Part shown: piece after piece, positions 8,306-17,303 of the stretch | How positions within the stretch are numbered: the stretch's first letter is position 1 | Layout: the number at the start of each line of letters is the position of its first letter | Virus record (IMG/VR): IMGVR_UViG_3300020577_003088 | Span: 2,842 to 66,841 of that record | Reading direction: 5' to 3' (one strand) | DNA: 64,000 nucleotides | Source of the DNA: a virus | The notes under the pieces: generated by a model | What the model saw: only the letters and a program-made list of their open reading frames with translations | What the model was told of the DNA's origin: nothing | The model's database searches: none | Made by a program: the position numbers and the translations under genes

Positions 8306-9313
8306 ATGCCCGTTCTCGGCGGAGACGCACTCACTCTCTCGGACATTCGCGGTCGTCTCGACCCGAATGGCAAGTTCGCCAAGATCATCGAGGCGCTTGA
8401 ACCCACCAACGAAGTCCTGACGGACATGGGCTGGATGGAAGGCAATCTGCCGACCGGCCACCGCACCACGATCCGCACGGGCCTGCCCACGCCGACGTGG
8501 CGCCGCTTCAACGAAGGCGTGTCGCCGACGAAGAGCACAAGCTCGCAAGTCGATTTCGTCTGCGGCATGCTCGAAGCCCGCATCGAAACCGACAAGAAGC
8601 TCGCCGACCTCGGCGGCAACACGGCGGCGGTGCGCGCGTCTGAAGTCAAGGCTCACATGCAAGGCATGTCGAACCAACTGGCGACGACGCTCTTCTACGG
8701 CGATCCCGTCGCCAACCCGACGACCGACATCAAGAAGTTTACGGGTCTCTCGTACTTCTACAAGTCGCTGACCGGCTCGACCTCGCAGAACATGATCTCT
8801 GCTGGCGGCTCCGGTTCCGACAACACGTCGATCTGGCTGGTGTGCTGGGCGGACACGACGATCTACGGCATCTATCCGAAAGGCTTTGTCGCCGGTCTCG
8901 ACCACCGTGACCTTGGCGAAGCGGATGCCTTCGACTCGTCCAACAACCGCTTCCGCGCCTACATGGATTTGCTGGAGTGGAACTGCGGTCTCGCGGTGCA
9001 AGACTGGCGCTTCGCTGTGCGTATCTGCAACATCGACGTGTCCGATCTCATCGCGAACACGGCGAACCAGCAGGCGCTCATCAACTACATGCTGCGGGCT
9101 CTCAACAAGCTCCCGTCGCTGTCGATGGGCCGTCTCGCCTTCTACGTCAATCCGACCGTCAAGACGGCTCTCGATCTCGGCATGCGCGCCGATGTCAAGG
9201 CTGGCGGCGGCCTGACGTATGAGAACGTCGCCGGTCGCCCGACCATGATGTTCCAGGGCGTGCCCGTCCGTCGCTGCGAAGCGATCACCGAAACCGAAGC
9301 CACGATTTCGTAA
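8306..9313 (+). CDS. Major capsid protein (HK97-fold type)
   Basis: 335 aa, follows the scaffold. Sequence character typical of podovirus major capsid proteins. AGGAG RBS. Confidence 0.75.
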   Translation: MPVLGGDALTLSDIRGRLDPNGKFAKIIEALEPTNEVLTDMGWMEGNLPTGHRTTIRTGLPTPTWRRFNEGVSPTKSTSSQVDFVCGMLEARIETDKKLADLGGNTAAVRASEVKAHMQGMSNQLATTLFYGDPVANPTTDIKKFTGLSYFYKSLTGSTSQNMISAGGSGSDNTSIWLVCWADTTIYGIYPKGFVAGLDHRDLGEADAFDSSNNRFRAYMDLLEWNCGLAVQDWRFAVRICNIDVSDLIANTANQQALINYMLRALNKLPSLSMGRLAFYVNPTVKTALDLGMRADVKAGGGLTYENVAGRPTMMFQGVPVRRCEAITETEATIS

Positions 9314-9340
9314 TCGCGCCAGCTAGAAGGAAACGCAACC

Positions 9341-9793
9341 ATGACTATCGCAGACCGCAAGAACTGCTTCGGCGAAGCGGTCGCCATCACGGCGAGCGCT
9401 GCGCTTACCGACTCCATCGACCTCGGCCCGATCTCGCCCAACACGGTGCGCAATATCGGCGTCGGCGACGATCTCTACCTCTACATCATCTGCACGACGA
9501 CCGCGCAATCGGCGGGCGCCTCGACGGTGACGTTCACGCTTGAGACGGACGACAACTCGTCCTTCTCTTCGGTGACGACGCCCTACACGACGGCGGCCAT
9601 CCCGAAGGCGTCTCTGACGGCAGGGACGGAGGTCGTGAAGGTGAAGCTCCCGATCACGACGTATGAGCGCTATCTGCGCGTCAACGTCGCGGTGGCCACC
9701 GCCAACCTCACGGCTGGCGCTTTCTCGGCCTATCTGGTGCGCGACGTTCCGGCGTGGACCGGCTACGCCCGCGTCGGCGCTCCGTCCTTCTGA
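9341..9793 (+). CDS. Putative capsid decoration/cement protein
   Basis: 150 aa, Thr/Ser-rich, beta-rich character, directly after the MCP. GGAAACG RBS. Confidence 0.35.
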   Translation: MTIADRKNCFGEAVAITASAALTDSIDLGPISPNTVRNIGVGDDLYLYIICTTTAQSAGASTVTFTLETDDNSSFSSVTTPYTTAAIPKASLTAGTEVVKVKLPITTYERYLRVNVAVATANLTAGAFSAYLVRDVPAWTGYARVGAPSF

Positions 9794-9814
9794 TCGTAGC
9801 AAGGACATCACGAA

Positions 9815-10063
9815 ATGGCCCGGTATCGCGCGCTGGTTGAAGGCTACCTCCCCTCTCCGTATGGGATGGTCAGGGTGCTCGCCAACGAGGAGTTCGACTT
9901 CGACGGCCCGAAGGGTCGTTGGATGGAGCCCGTTGGCGCCCCCGTTGCTCAAGTAGCCAGCCTCGCGGCGCCGCCGCCAATCGTGACGGAAGTTGAGGGG
10001 GCGGGTGGAAACGACCCTGCATCCGCTCCCTCTTCTTCTCGGCGCAAACCCAAGCCGGAATGA
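9815..10063 (+). CDS. Hypothetical protein (82 aa)
   Basis: ORF in the structural block. C-terminal Pro/Gly-rich tail. Confidence 0.35.
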   Translation: MARYRALVEGYLPSPYGMVRVLANEEFDFDGPKGRWMEPVGAPVAQVASLAAPPPIVTEVEGAGGNDPASAPSSSRRKPKPE

Positions 10064-10069
10064 TAGAAC

Positions 10070-10450
10070 ATGGCGACACGCACTCTCACGAAGACGGCGA
10101 TCAACGAGCCCCTGCTCCGTGGAGCCGCGCGCCTGTTCTCGTGGACGGGCCTGACCAACGCCACCACCGATGACGGCGAGCCAATCGGCACTGACTATGC
10201 GGGATATAGCGACCGCTCCGTGCAAGTGATCGGCACCTTCGGCGTCGGCGGCACCGTCCGTATCGAAGGCTCGCTTGACGGCACAAACTACGCGGTGCTG
10301 ACCGATCCTCAAGGCAACGCGCTCGACATCACGTCGGCGAAGATCGAGGCGATCTCGGAGGCCGTTCTCTATATGCGTCCGCGCGTTACCGGAGGCGACG
10401 GCACCACGTCTCTCTCCGTCTATATCTTTGGAAGGCAAGAGCGGCTATGA
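10070..10450 (+). CDS. Hypothetical structural protein (126 aa)
   Basis: ATG. Overlaps the next gene (ATGA). Confidence 0.4.
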   Translation: MATRTLTKTAINEPLLRGAARLFSWTGLTNATTDDGEPIGTDYAGYSDRSVQVIGTFGVGGTVRIEGSLDGTNYAVLTDPQGNALDITSAKIEAISEAVLYMRPRVTGGDGTTSLSVYIFGRQERL

Positions 10451-10989
10451 GCGATGATCTCGACTACCTTGCCGCCGCAGAGGCGTTGTCGCGCGAACTG
10501 AAGCGCACGGAAAAGCTGCGCGAACTGGTCGCCGTCTTCGAGCGCGCCTCCTCGCTACAGAACACGATCCGAGAATACGAAGCGCGGATCGGCGCGCTGG
10601 CGGAAGACGAGCGCCAGGCTACCGTGGCGCGCGATGTCGCCGCCGCTGCGCATAAGACTGCGCTCGCGGAGGAAGAGCAAGAGCGCGCTGCGGTCAAGGC
10701 CAAAGCCAAGGCCGAGGCGGACAAGATCGTCTCTCTCGCTGAAGGCAAGGCCGCCACGATCATCGCCGACGCGCAGGCCAATGCAGCAGCGGGAAATGCC
10801 GCTGTCGCTGCGCTGAAGGACGAAGCGGAAAGCATTCGCGCGGCGGCGCAAATCGAGGCGGCGGCGGCGAAAGCTGCAAGCGAAGACGCCGCGCGACGCA
10901 TTGCCCAGGCCGAGGAAGCGGAACGCAATTTCGAGAAAAAGGCTGCGGAAGCGCGCGCGAAGATCGCGGCGGCTGCAAGCGCTGTGTGA
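10447..10989 (+). CDS. Ala-rich coiled-coil protein
   Basis: 180 aa of A/E/K heptad-like low complexity. Structural-module position. Confidence 0.45.
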   Translation: MSDDLDYLAAAEALSRELKRTEKLRELVAVFERASSLQNTIREYEARIGALAEDERQATVARDVAAAAHKTALAEEEQERAAVKAKAKAEADKIVSLAEGKAATIIADAQANAAAGNAAVAALKDEAESIRAAAQIEAAAAKAASEDAARRIAQAEEAERNFEKKAAEARAKIAAAASAV

Positions 10990-10993
10990 CGCC

Positions 10994-11278
10994 ATGGGCG
11001 CCAAAGGCACGACGACTGTTGACTTTGGCGCGCATCCCGGCGCTACGGAAGCGTCTGCGACAGTGAGCGGCCAGACCTCCATCGTTGCGGACTCGCTCGC
11101 CGAGGCGTGGCTTTTTCCTGTCGCGACAGCGGACCACTCGATTGACGAGCATGTCGTCGATGGTCCCCTTCTCTTCGCCGCCAATGTCGTGGCTGGCGTC
11201 GGCTTCACCATTCGCGCGCTCACCCGCAACGGGCAGAACCTCACCGGGTCTTACTCGGTGGCTTGGGTATGGGATTGA
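10994..11278 (+). CDS. Hypothetical protein (94 aa)
   Basis: Internal ATG (MGAKGTTTVDF...) of the track ORF 10901-11278. Upstream part overlaps the previous gene. Confidence 0.3.
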   Translation: MGAKGTTTVDFGAHPGATEASATVSGQTSIVADSLAEAWLFPVATADHSIDEHVVDGPLLFAANVVAGVGFTIRALTRNGQNLTGSYSVAWVWD

Positions 11279-11281
11279 CAC

Positions 11282-12715
11282 ATGGCCATTGAACTCAAGA
11301 GCGGCGCCTCTGCCGACATCGCGACGGTCGATGCGACCGCCAAAGCCTTGCGCGCGACTCAGTATGACGCCGCTGGAAACACGGTGCCAAAGGTCAAGAA
11401 CACGGCTTACGCCGCGACGCATGGCTTTATTCCGATTGCTGGCGTGAACGACAGCACCTATCGCCCCGTTCGCGTGGATCGCTTTGGCGGGCAAGCCATC
11501 GCGAAGATGACGCCGATCATCTCGTACCAGCTTTTCACGGCTGCGCTGATGCCGGGATGGCTCGGCCCAGCCGCGACATTCACGATCACGCACGCGACGG
11601 CCTCCGGCACGCTGCTGAACGCCGCCGGTACGGGCGCGGTCTCGTCGCACGCCTCGCTCATTTCGCTCAAGCCTGCGGCCAAGTTCCAGAAATCCCCCCT
11701 GCTCTCGCGTCACCGGGTTCGTCTCGTCAAGGGTTCAACCAACGGCCAGGCCGACATCGGCCTTTCGTCGTCGCAAGCGCCTGCCGCTGCGGTGCTTACG
11801 AACGGCTTCGTCTTCCTCTACGGCTCGGACGGTACGCTGAAGCCGACCGTCTACATGAACAGCGCTGTAGTGGCGCAAGGAACGGATTTTGCGGCGTCCA
11901 TCGAATCGACGAAATATTATGTTTGGGACGTTCTGCTGGACGACGACAGTGTAACATTCATCTGCCAAGACCCCACGACAGGCACGCTCGTATCCGAGCA
12001 ATCCCTAAACATCAACGCGCTCGATCCTCGCTTCGGCATGTCGCCGTACTGGTTCCAGCACGCGCGCAGCTTCGTGACTTCGGCGGCGGCGAACGTCGGA
12101 ACCGCAACCCAGCTTTATGTGCCCGACTCTACGGTCGCCTATCTCGACAACGATCTTGGCATGCCGCTGGGTCATCTGTGCGCGGCGATGGATCACGGAA
12201 CAGTCGTCAACCCGACCATTGTCAGGACGCAACTCGCCAACTACGCCAACTCGGCGGCGCCTGCGTCAGCTACTCTTTCCAACACGGCGGCTGGCTATAC
12301 GACACTCGGCGGCCAGTTCCAGTTCGCAGCCGTGGCAGGCGCGGAAACGGATTATGCGCTGTTCGGGTTCACGGTGCCGACCGGCGTCTCGCTCTTTGTC
12401 GATAGCGTCTTCATCGACACGACGAACACTGGCGCGGCGGTCGCGACGACGGAAACGATTCTGCAATGGTTCATCGGCGAAGCGTCTGCCGTGACGCTGG
12501 CCTCCAACTCATTCCGCCGCTTTCTCGGCCAGCAAGTCTTTCCAATCGCCGCCGCCATCGGCGCCCAGGCCACGCCGATCAACCGCACGCTTTCGACGCC
12601 GTTTGTTGTTCACTCTGGACGATTCCTGCATATCGCCCTGAAGATGCCGCGAGGCACCGCGACGGCCTCGCAGATCATTCGCGGCGGCATCGACATCGGC
12701 GGCTATTTCTTCTGA
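11282..12715 (+). CDS. Virion structural protein of unknown role (477 aa)
   Basis: Large Ser/Thr/Ala-rich ORF ending GGIDIGGYFF. Located between the head and tail-tube genes. Confidence 0.5.
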   Translation: MAIELKSGASADIATVDATAKALRATQYDAAGNTVPKVKNTAYAATHGFIPIAGVNDSTYRPVRVDRFGGQAIAKMTPIISYQLFTAALMPGWLGPAATFTITHATASGTLLNAAGTGAVSSHASLISLKPAAKFQKSPLLSRHRVRLVKGSTNGQADIGLSSSQAPAAAVLTNGFVFLYGSDGTLKPTVYMNSAVVAQGTDFAASIESTKYYVWDVLLDDDSVTFICQDPTTGTLVSEQSLNINALDPRFGMSPYWFQHARSFVTSAAANVGTATQLYVPDSTVAYLDNDLGMPLGHLCAAMDHGTVVNPTIVRTQLANYANSAAPASATLSNTAAGYTTLGGQFQFAAVAGAETDYALFGFTVPTGVSLFVDSVFIDTTNTGAAVATTETILQWFIGEASAVTLASNSFRRFLGQQVFPIAAAIGAQATPINRTLSTPFVVHSGRFLHIALKMPRGTATASQIIRGGIDIGGYFF

Positions 12716-12724
12716 GGAGACAAT

Positions 12725-12874
12725 ATGGTTGACCCCGTGATCCTTTCGGGCGGTCCCGCTGGCGGCGAAACTGTCGAAGGCGATGGATGGGCGGAAGGCG
12801 AAGAGCGCGCCTTCGATGGCTTCCTCTATCGCCGGATCGGCCATCAAGCCGTCTTTGTCGGAGCGGCAAGCTGA
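12725..12874 (+). CDS. Small hypothetical protein (49 aa)
   Basis: ATG with GAGGAGA RBS. A further 30-codon ORF (12874-12966) overlaps its stop (TGATG). Confidence 0.2.
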   Translation: MVDPVILSGGPAGGETVEGDGWAEGEERAFDGFLYRRIGHQAVFVGAAS

Positions 12875-13004
12875 TGTCTCTCCTGCTCGCCCGCATGTCG
12901 CTCGTCGAGACCATCGTCAACACGCTACAGATCATCATTCCGATCTGGCGGCGCCGCCGCCGCTGACAACCCCGCCCCTATCGGGCCAATGATAGAGTCG
13001 GCCC

Positions 13005-13595
13005 ATGACCTCGGTTGTTTCGATATGGAACCTCGCGCTTGTGTCCAAGCTGGGCCAGAAGCGCGTCTCCGCCACGACGGAGGATAGCGCCGAGGCGCGC
13101 GCCTGCCTCGATGTCTATTCACATGCGCTGGCGATGGTGACGGCGGATCACAACTGGCGTCACGCCAAGCGCATCCTCACCCTCTCGGAAACAACCAACG
13201 ACCGGGAGGACGAATGGGGGTACGCCTATACCCGTCCAAGCGATTGCTTGCGCGTGATCCGCCTGCTTGAACTCAATGGCGTCGCTGATCCGCGCGCGCC
13301 GATCCCTGCGGAGTATGTCGGCTCCACGATCTACACCGACCAGTATCAAGCCCGGCTCGAATATCTCCGGCTCATCACCGACCCCGATCTCTTCCCGCCC
13401 GCCTTCATCAATGCGCTCTCCAGCTATCTCGCGGCCATGCTGGTGCAGCCGCTTCAACTCGACCCCAATCTGCATTTGACGTGGATGCAGAAGTACGTCG
13501 CAGATCGTAACCACGCGGTCGCCATGGATGGCAATGAGGCCGTTTTCCAGTTGAGCGCCGATGACGGATTGCCCGACTGGATGCTGGTGCGATAG
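13005..13595 (+). CDS. Tail tubular protein A-like (T7 gp11 position)
   Basis: 196 aa (same length as T7 gp11 from memory). It sits directly before a ~770-aa gene, as gp11 sits before gp12. Confidence 0.5.
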   Translation: MTSVVSIWNLALVSKLGQKRVSATTEDSAEARACLDVYSHALAMVTADHNWRHAKRILTLSETTNDREDEWGYAYTRPSDCLRVIRLLELNGVADPRAPIPAEYVGSTIYTDQYQARLEYLRLITDPDLFPPAFINALSSYLAAMLVQPLQLDPNLHLTWMQKYVADRNHAVAMDGNEAVFQLSADDGLPDWMLVR

Positions 13596-13597
13596 CC

Positions 13598-15907
13598 ATG
13601 GTCGCGCGCCTCTCACAGGCGGCGTTCGTGGGCGGCGAACTGGCGCCCTCGCTCTACGCCAGAACCGATCTCGATAAGTACCGCTACGCGCTGAAGACGG
13701 CGTATAACGTCATCATCAATCGCTGGGGCGGCGCGGCTAATCGCGCGGGCACGAAGTTTATCGGCGAGACGCGCGACTCCTCGAAGGAAGCGCGGCTCAT
13801 CCCCTTCCAATTTTCAACGACGCAAACCTATGTGCTGGAGTTTGGCGACGAGATCATGCGTCCGATCAAGGACGGCGGGCAAGTTCTCGAAAGCGCCAAG
13901 ACGATCACCGCAATCACGCAGGCGAGCCATGGCGTCGTGACTTCTGCCGGGCATGGCTTCTCGAATGGGGATCGTCTCTACATAGAGGCTGTCGGCGGCA
14001 TGACCTCGCTCAATGGCCGCTTCTTCATTGCGGCGGGCGTCACCGCCAACACCTTCACCCTGACTGATATGTTCGGGACGGCGATCAATACATCGGCGTT
14101 GCCAGCCTATACGTCAGGCGGCACGGCGTCGCGCCTTTACCAACTGACCACGCCCTACCAAGACACAGAGGTCTTCGACTTCGACTACGCCCAGACGGCA
14201 GACGTGGCTTATGTCACGCATCTTGGCTACACCGTCCGCAAACTGACGCGCTCTGGGCACGCATCATGGACGCTGACAGCGGTGACGTGGGGGCCGTCAC
14301 TCGCGGCGCCGACCTCTCCCGGCGCTGTCGCGACTGTCGGCTCTGGAAGCACTGTCTACAGCTATGTCATCACCGCTTATGACGATGACACTGGAGAAGA
14401 AAGCCTCCCCTCTTCCGTCGCCGCTGTCTCTAACGATCTGACTGTTGCGCCGAACAAAAACACGATCACTTGGACGGGCGTTTCCGGCGCCGAGCGCTAC
14501 ATCGTCTATAAGTCAGACAACGGCGTCTACGGCTTCATTGGCGGGACGACCGGGCTGTCGTTTGTAGACGACAACATCGCCGCTGATCTAGGCGATACGC
14601 CGCCCGCCCAGCGTGATCCCTTTGCGTCGGCAGGAAATTATCCGGCGACGTGTGAGTTCCATGAGGGCCGTCTTGTTCTCTCCTACACGACGAACTCCCC
14701 TTCTGGCGTATGGATGTCGCAATCGACGCGGTACGAAAATCTGAACGTCTCTACGCCCGCCAAAGCGGATGACGCAGTGTCGTTTCAGTTGCGTCCTGGC
14801 GTCAACGCCGTGCAAGGCATGGCGTCATTGAACGATCTGATCTGCTTTACGTCGGAGGCCGAATACAAGGTCAATGGCGGCGGCGTTACGGAAGCCATCA
14901 CCCCGGCTTCGCTTGTCGTGCGCCGTCAGACAAAGCGCGGCGCCATGAGGTTAAAACCGCTCGTCGTGGGCGACATCGTTCTCTATGTGCAACGTCAAGG
15001 CGCCGTTATCCGCGCCTTTGGTTACTCCTTCGAGAAGGATGGCTACAAGGGCAACGATCTGACCTTGCTCGCCCCTCACCTTTTCCGTGGCCATACGATT
15101 GTGGACTGGTGCTACCAGCAAGACCCGCATTCCATTATCTGGTGCGTACGCGACGACGGCATGCTGCTGTCGCTGACATTCGTCGATGACCAAAATGTCT
15201 TTGCGTGGGCAAAGCATGAGATAGCCGGGTCGTTCGGCGATGGCGCGGCGGTGGTGGAAAGCATCGCCTGCATCGAAGGCGATGGCGAAGATGAGGTCTA
15301 TCTGGTCGTCAAGCGGACCATCAACAGCGTCACGAAGCGATACATAGAACGGCTTGAGCCGCGTTGGGATGGCGAGTCGCAAGACATCGAAAGCGCCTAC
15401 TTCGTCGATAGCGGCCTCACTTACAGCGGCGCCGCTGCAACCACCATCACCGGGCTGCATCACCTTGAGGGGGAAACGGTCTCAGCGCTTGCAGATGGGA
15501 ACGTGATTGAAGGGCTTACCGTGACGAACGGCGCGATTACACTGGCGACGGCGGCGTCGCTGGTTCATGTCGGGCTCCCTTATAGGAGCGACATCGAGAC
15601 CTTGCCGATCAATGAGAGCGCGAAGGAAGGCGCGGTGCAAGGGCGGCGCAAGCGCGTCACGGGCGCCGCGCTTAAGTTGAACCAGACGCGCGGCGTCAAG
15701 TATGGGCCAAATAGCTCGCTGCTTCGCGAGCTTCAGCAACGCGACGCTGAAGCGTGGAGCGATCCTATGCTTCCCTACACAGGCGACACGCGCATCTTGA
15801 AGTTCGATCCGCAGTGGGACTCGGACGGGTCGTTTTTGATCCGTCAGCAATTTCCGCTGCCGATGGAAGTGTTGGCAGTCTATCCAGACCTTGCGGTGGG
15901 CGGATGA
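13598..15907 (+). CDS. Tail tubular protein B-like (T7 gp12 position)
   Basis: 769 aa, comparable to the 794 aa of T7 gp12 (from memory). Follows the gp11-like gene. Confidence 0.55.
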   Translation: MVARLSQAAFVGGELAPSLYARTDLDKYRYALKTAYNVIINRWGGAANRAGTKFIGETRDSSKEARLIPFQFSTTQTYVLEFGDEIMRPIKDGGQVLESAKTITAITQASHGVVTSAGHGFSNGDRLYIEAVGGMTSLNGRFFIAAGVTANTFTLTDMFGTAINTSALPAYTSGGTASRLYQLTTPYQDTEVFDFDYAQTADVAYVTHLGYTVRKLTRSGHASWTLTAVTWGPSLAAPTSPGAVATVGSGSTVYSYVITAYDDDTGEESLPSSVAAVSNDLTVAPNKNTITWTGVSGAERYIVYKSDNGVYGFIGGTTGLSFVDDNIAADLGDTPPAQRDPFASAGNYPATCEFHEGRLVLSYTTNSPSGVWMSQSTRYENLNVSTPAKADDAVSFQLRPGVNAVQGMASLNDLICFTSEAEYKVNGGGVTEAITPASLVVRRQTKRGAMRLKPLVVGDIVLYVQRQGAVIRAFGYSFEKDGYKGNDLTLLAPHLFRGHTIVDWCYQQDPHSIIWCVRDDGMLLSLTFVDDQNVFAWAKHEIAGSFGDGAAVVESIACIEGDGEDEVYLVVKRTINSVTKRYIERLEPRWDGESQDIESAYFVDSGLTYSGAAATTITGLHHLEGETVSALADGNVIEGLTVTNGAITLATAASLVHVGLPYRSDIETLPINESAKEGAVQGRRKRVTGAALKLNQTRGVKYGPNSSLLRELQQRDAEAWSDPMLPYTGDTRILKFDPQWDSDGSFLIRQQFPLPMEVLAVYPDLAVGG

Positions 15908-16368
15908 AACATCGCGTGAAATTCCTTCAACCGACGCTCGGCCATGTGCGCGCCGTGGCGCTCTCCATGCGTGAGATCGACCGCATCGAGTGCGAGACCA
16001 TCGGCGGGCATGACCCGGAAACGGCGCTGAGAAACTCCATCAAGCGCTCCGAATGGGCCGTTACAGCGGAGGTCGATGACGAGCCGATCTGCATTTTCGG
16101 CGTTGCGCCCGTGACCTATCTTGGCGATGCGGCGCTGCCATGGATGCTCGGCACAGACGGCATCGAGCGTCACAACCGTCTCGTCCTGCGCCACTCTCGC
16201 AGATGGGTAGACAAGATGATCGACAGCTATCCCCGTCTCTGCAACATCGTCCACGCCGATAACGAAGTCTCAATCCGTTGGCTGCAATGGTGCGGCTTTC
16301 GGATTGATCCGCCGACCGTCATCCAAGGCGAACCCTTCCGCCCCTTCTCTAAAGTCCGTCTGCACTAG
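15904..16368 (+). CDS. Internal virion protein (gp13-position), hypothetical
   Basis: ATGA overlap with the tube B gene. 154 aa. Confidence 0.4.
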   Translation: MKHRVKFLQPTLGHVRAVALSMREIDRIECETIGGHDPETALRNSIKRSEWAVTAEVDDEPICIFGVAPVTYLGDAALPWMLGTDGIERHNRLVLRHSRRWVDKMIDSYPRLCNIVHADNEVSIRWLQWCGFRIDPPTVIQGEPFRPFSKVRLH

Positions 16369-16376
16369 AGGCCGCC

Positions 16377-16991
16377 ATGTGTGAACCAGCCACCATCGCC
16401 ATGGTCGTCACTGCCGCATCGGCGGTGGTGGGCGGCTACAGCGCCATTCGCAGCGGCCAGGCGCAGCAGGCGAGCGCCGAGTTTCAGGCGGCGCAGTCTC
16501 GCGAGAACGCCAAACAAGTCGATAACGACATCAAGGTGGCGCAAGAACAGGCCGCCATCGAGCGCCGCCGCCTCGGCGCCCAAGCCCGCGCCGACAAGGG
16601 CGATCTGGTGGCGAAGTATTCGGCCATGGGGCTTGACCCTGGCTTTGGCTCCCCCGCCGATCTCATCGGCGATGTGAAGTCCGCCTATGACATTGACCGC
16701 TCGATCCTCAACGCCAACGAGATCAGTCAGCTTCAGCGCTTCGACATGGAGAAGTCGAATCTCTTGAGCCAAGCGTCCCTTTACGAGGCCGAAGGCAAGG
16801 AGGCGATGAGGGCCGGGTATCTCGGCGCGACCAAGAGCCTGCTTGATGCGGCGGGCTCTGTCGCTGGGAAGTGGCGTCCGTCCGCAGCGACGACGGGCAA
16901 ATCGCTCTCTGCGTCCACTGTGAAGAAGTCCTATGTCCCGAAATATACGCCGCCGCCCTATAAGAGCGGCTTGCGTGTCTGGAGCGGCTGA
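16377..16991 (+). CDS. Internal core protein, gp14-like (putative)
   Basis: 204 aa (T7 gp14 is 196 aa from memory). N-terminal hydrophobic segment IAMVVTAASAVVGGYSAI followed by helical/Gln-rich sequence. Confidence 0.4.
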   Translation: MCEPATIAMVVTAASAVVGGYSAIRSGQAQQASAEFQAAQSRENAKQVDNDIKVAQEQAAIERRRLGAQARADKGDLVAKYSAMGLDPGFGSPADLIGDVKSAYDIDRSILNANEISQLQRFDMEKSNLLSQASLYEAEGKEAMRAGYLGATKSLLDAAGSVAGKWRPSAATTGKSLSASTVKKSYVPKYTPPPYKSGLRVWSG

Positions 16992-17245
16992 TGTCTCGCC
17001 GCGCCAGCGGGCGCGTTCGGCGTATTGCGTATGACGCAAGGCTCGATCTCGCCATTCAGGCCGGGCCTGTCTATTTGCGCCGATCTGCGCAAAGGCCAGC
17101 GACCTTGACGGAGCGCGGCTCGCAAGATCGCACCACGCAGCGCCGTCTTCTCGAAGCCTATAACTCGGCGTCGTTCTCCAGTCAGACGCAGGACGGCGCC
17201 TATCCGACCGCCCCAGAACTGGAACTGACAGTCCCGCGCGACTGA
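16991..17245 (+). CDS. Hypothetical protein (84 aa)
   Basis: Coupled start (TGATG). Confidence 0.3.
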   Translation: MSRRASGRVRRIAYDARLDLAIQAGPVYLRRSAQRPATLTERGSQDRTTQRRLLEAYNSASFSSQTQDGAYPTAPELELTVPRD

Positions 17246-17303
17246 TCCATCAAGCCCGCGATCAACCCCGCACGCTCAAAACAGGGCGTAAAGTGGCGCG
17301 ATC

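Noticed and set aside
8021-9001. 326-aa minus-strand ORF across the scaffold/MCP junction (also 9323-10438 and 10760-11713 minus)
   Set aside because: Antisense to coupled structural genes with strong coding character. Arg/Ala-rich composition typical of GC-rich antisense frames.
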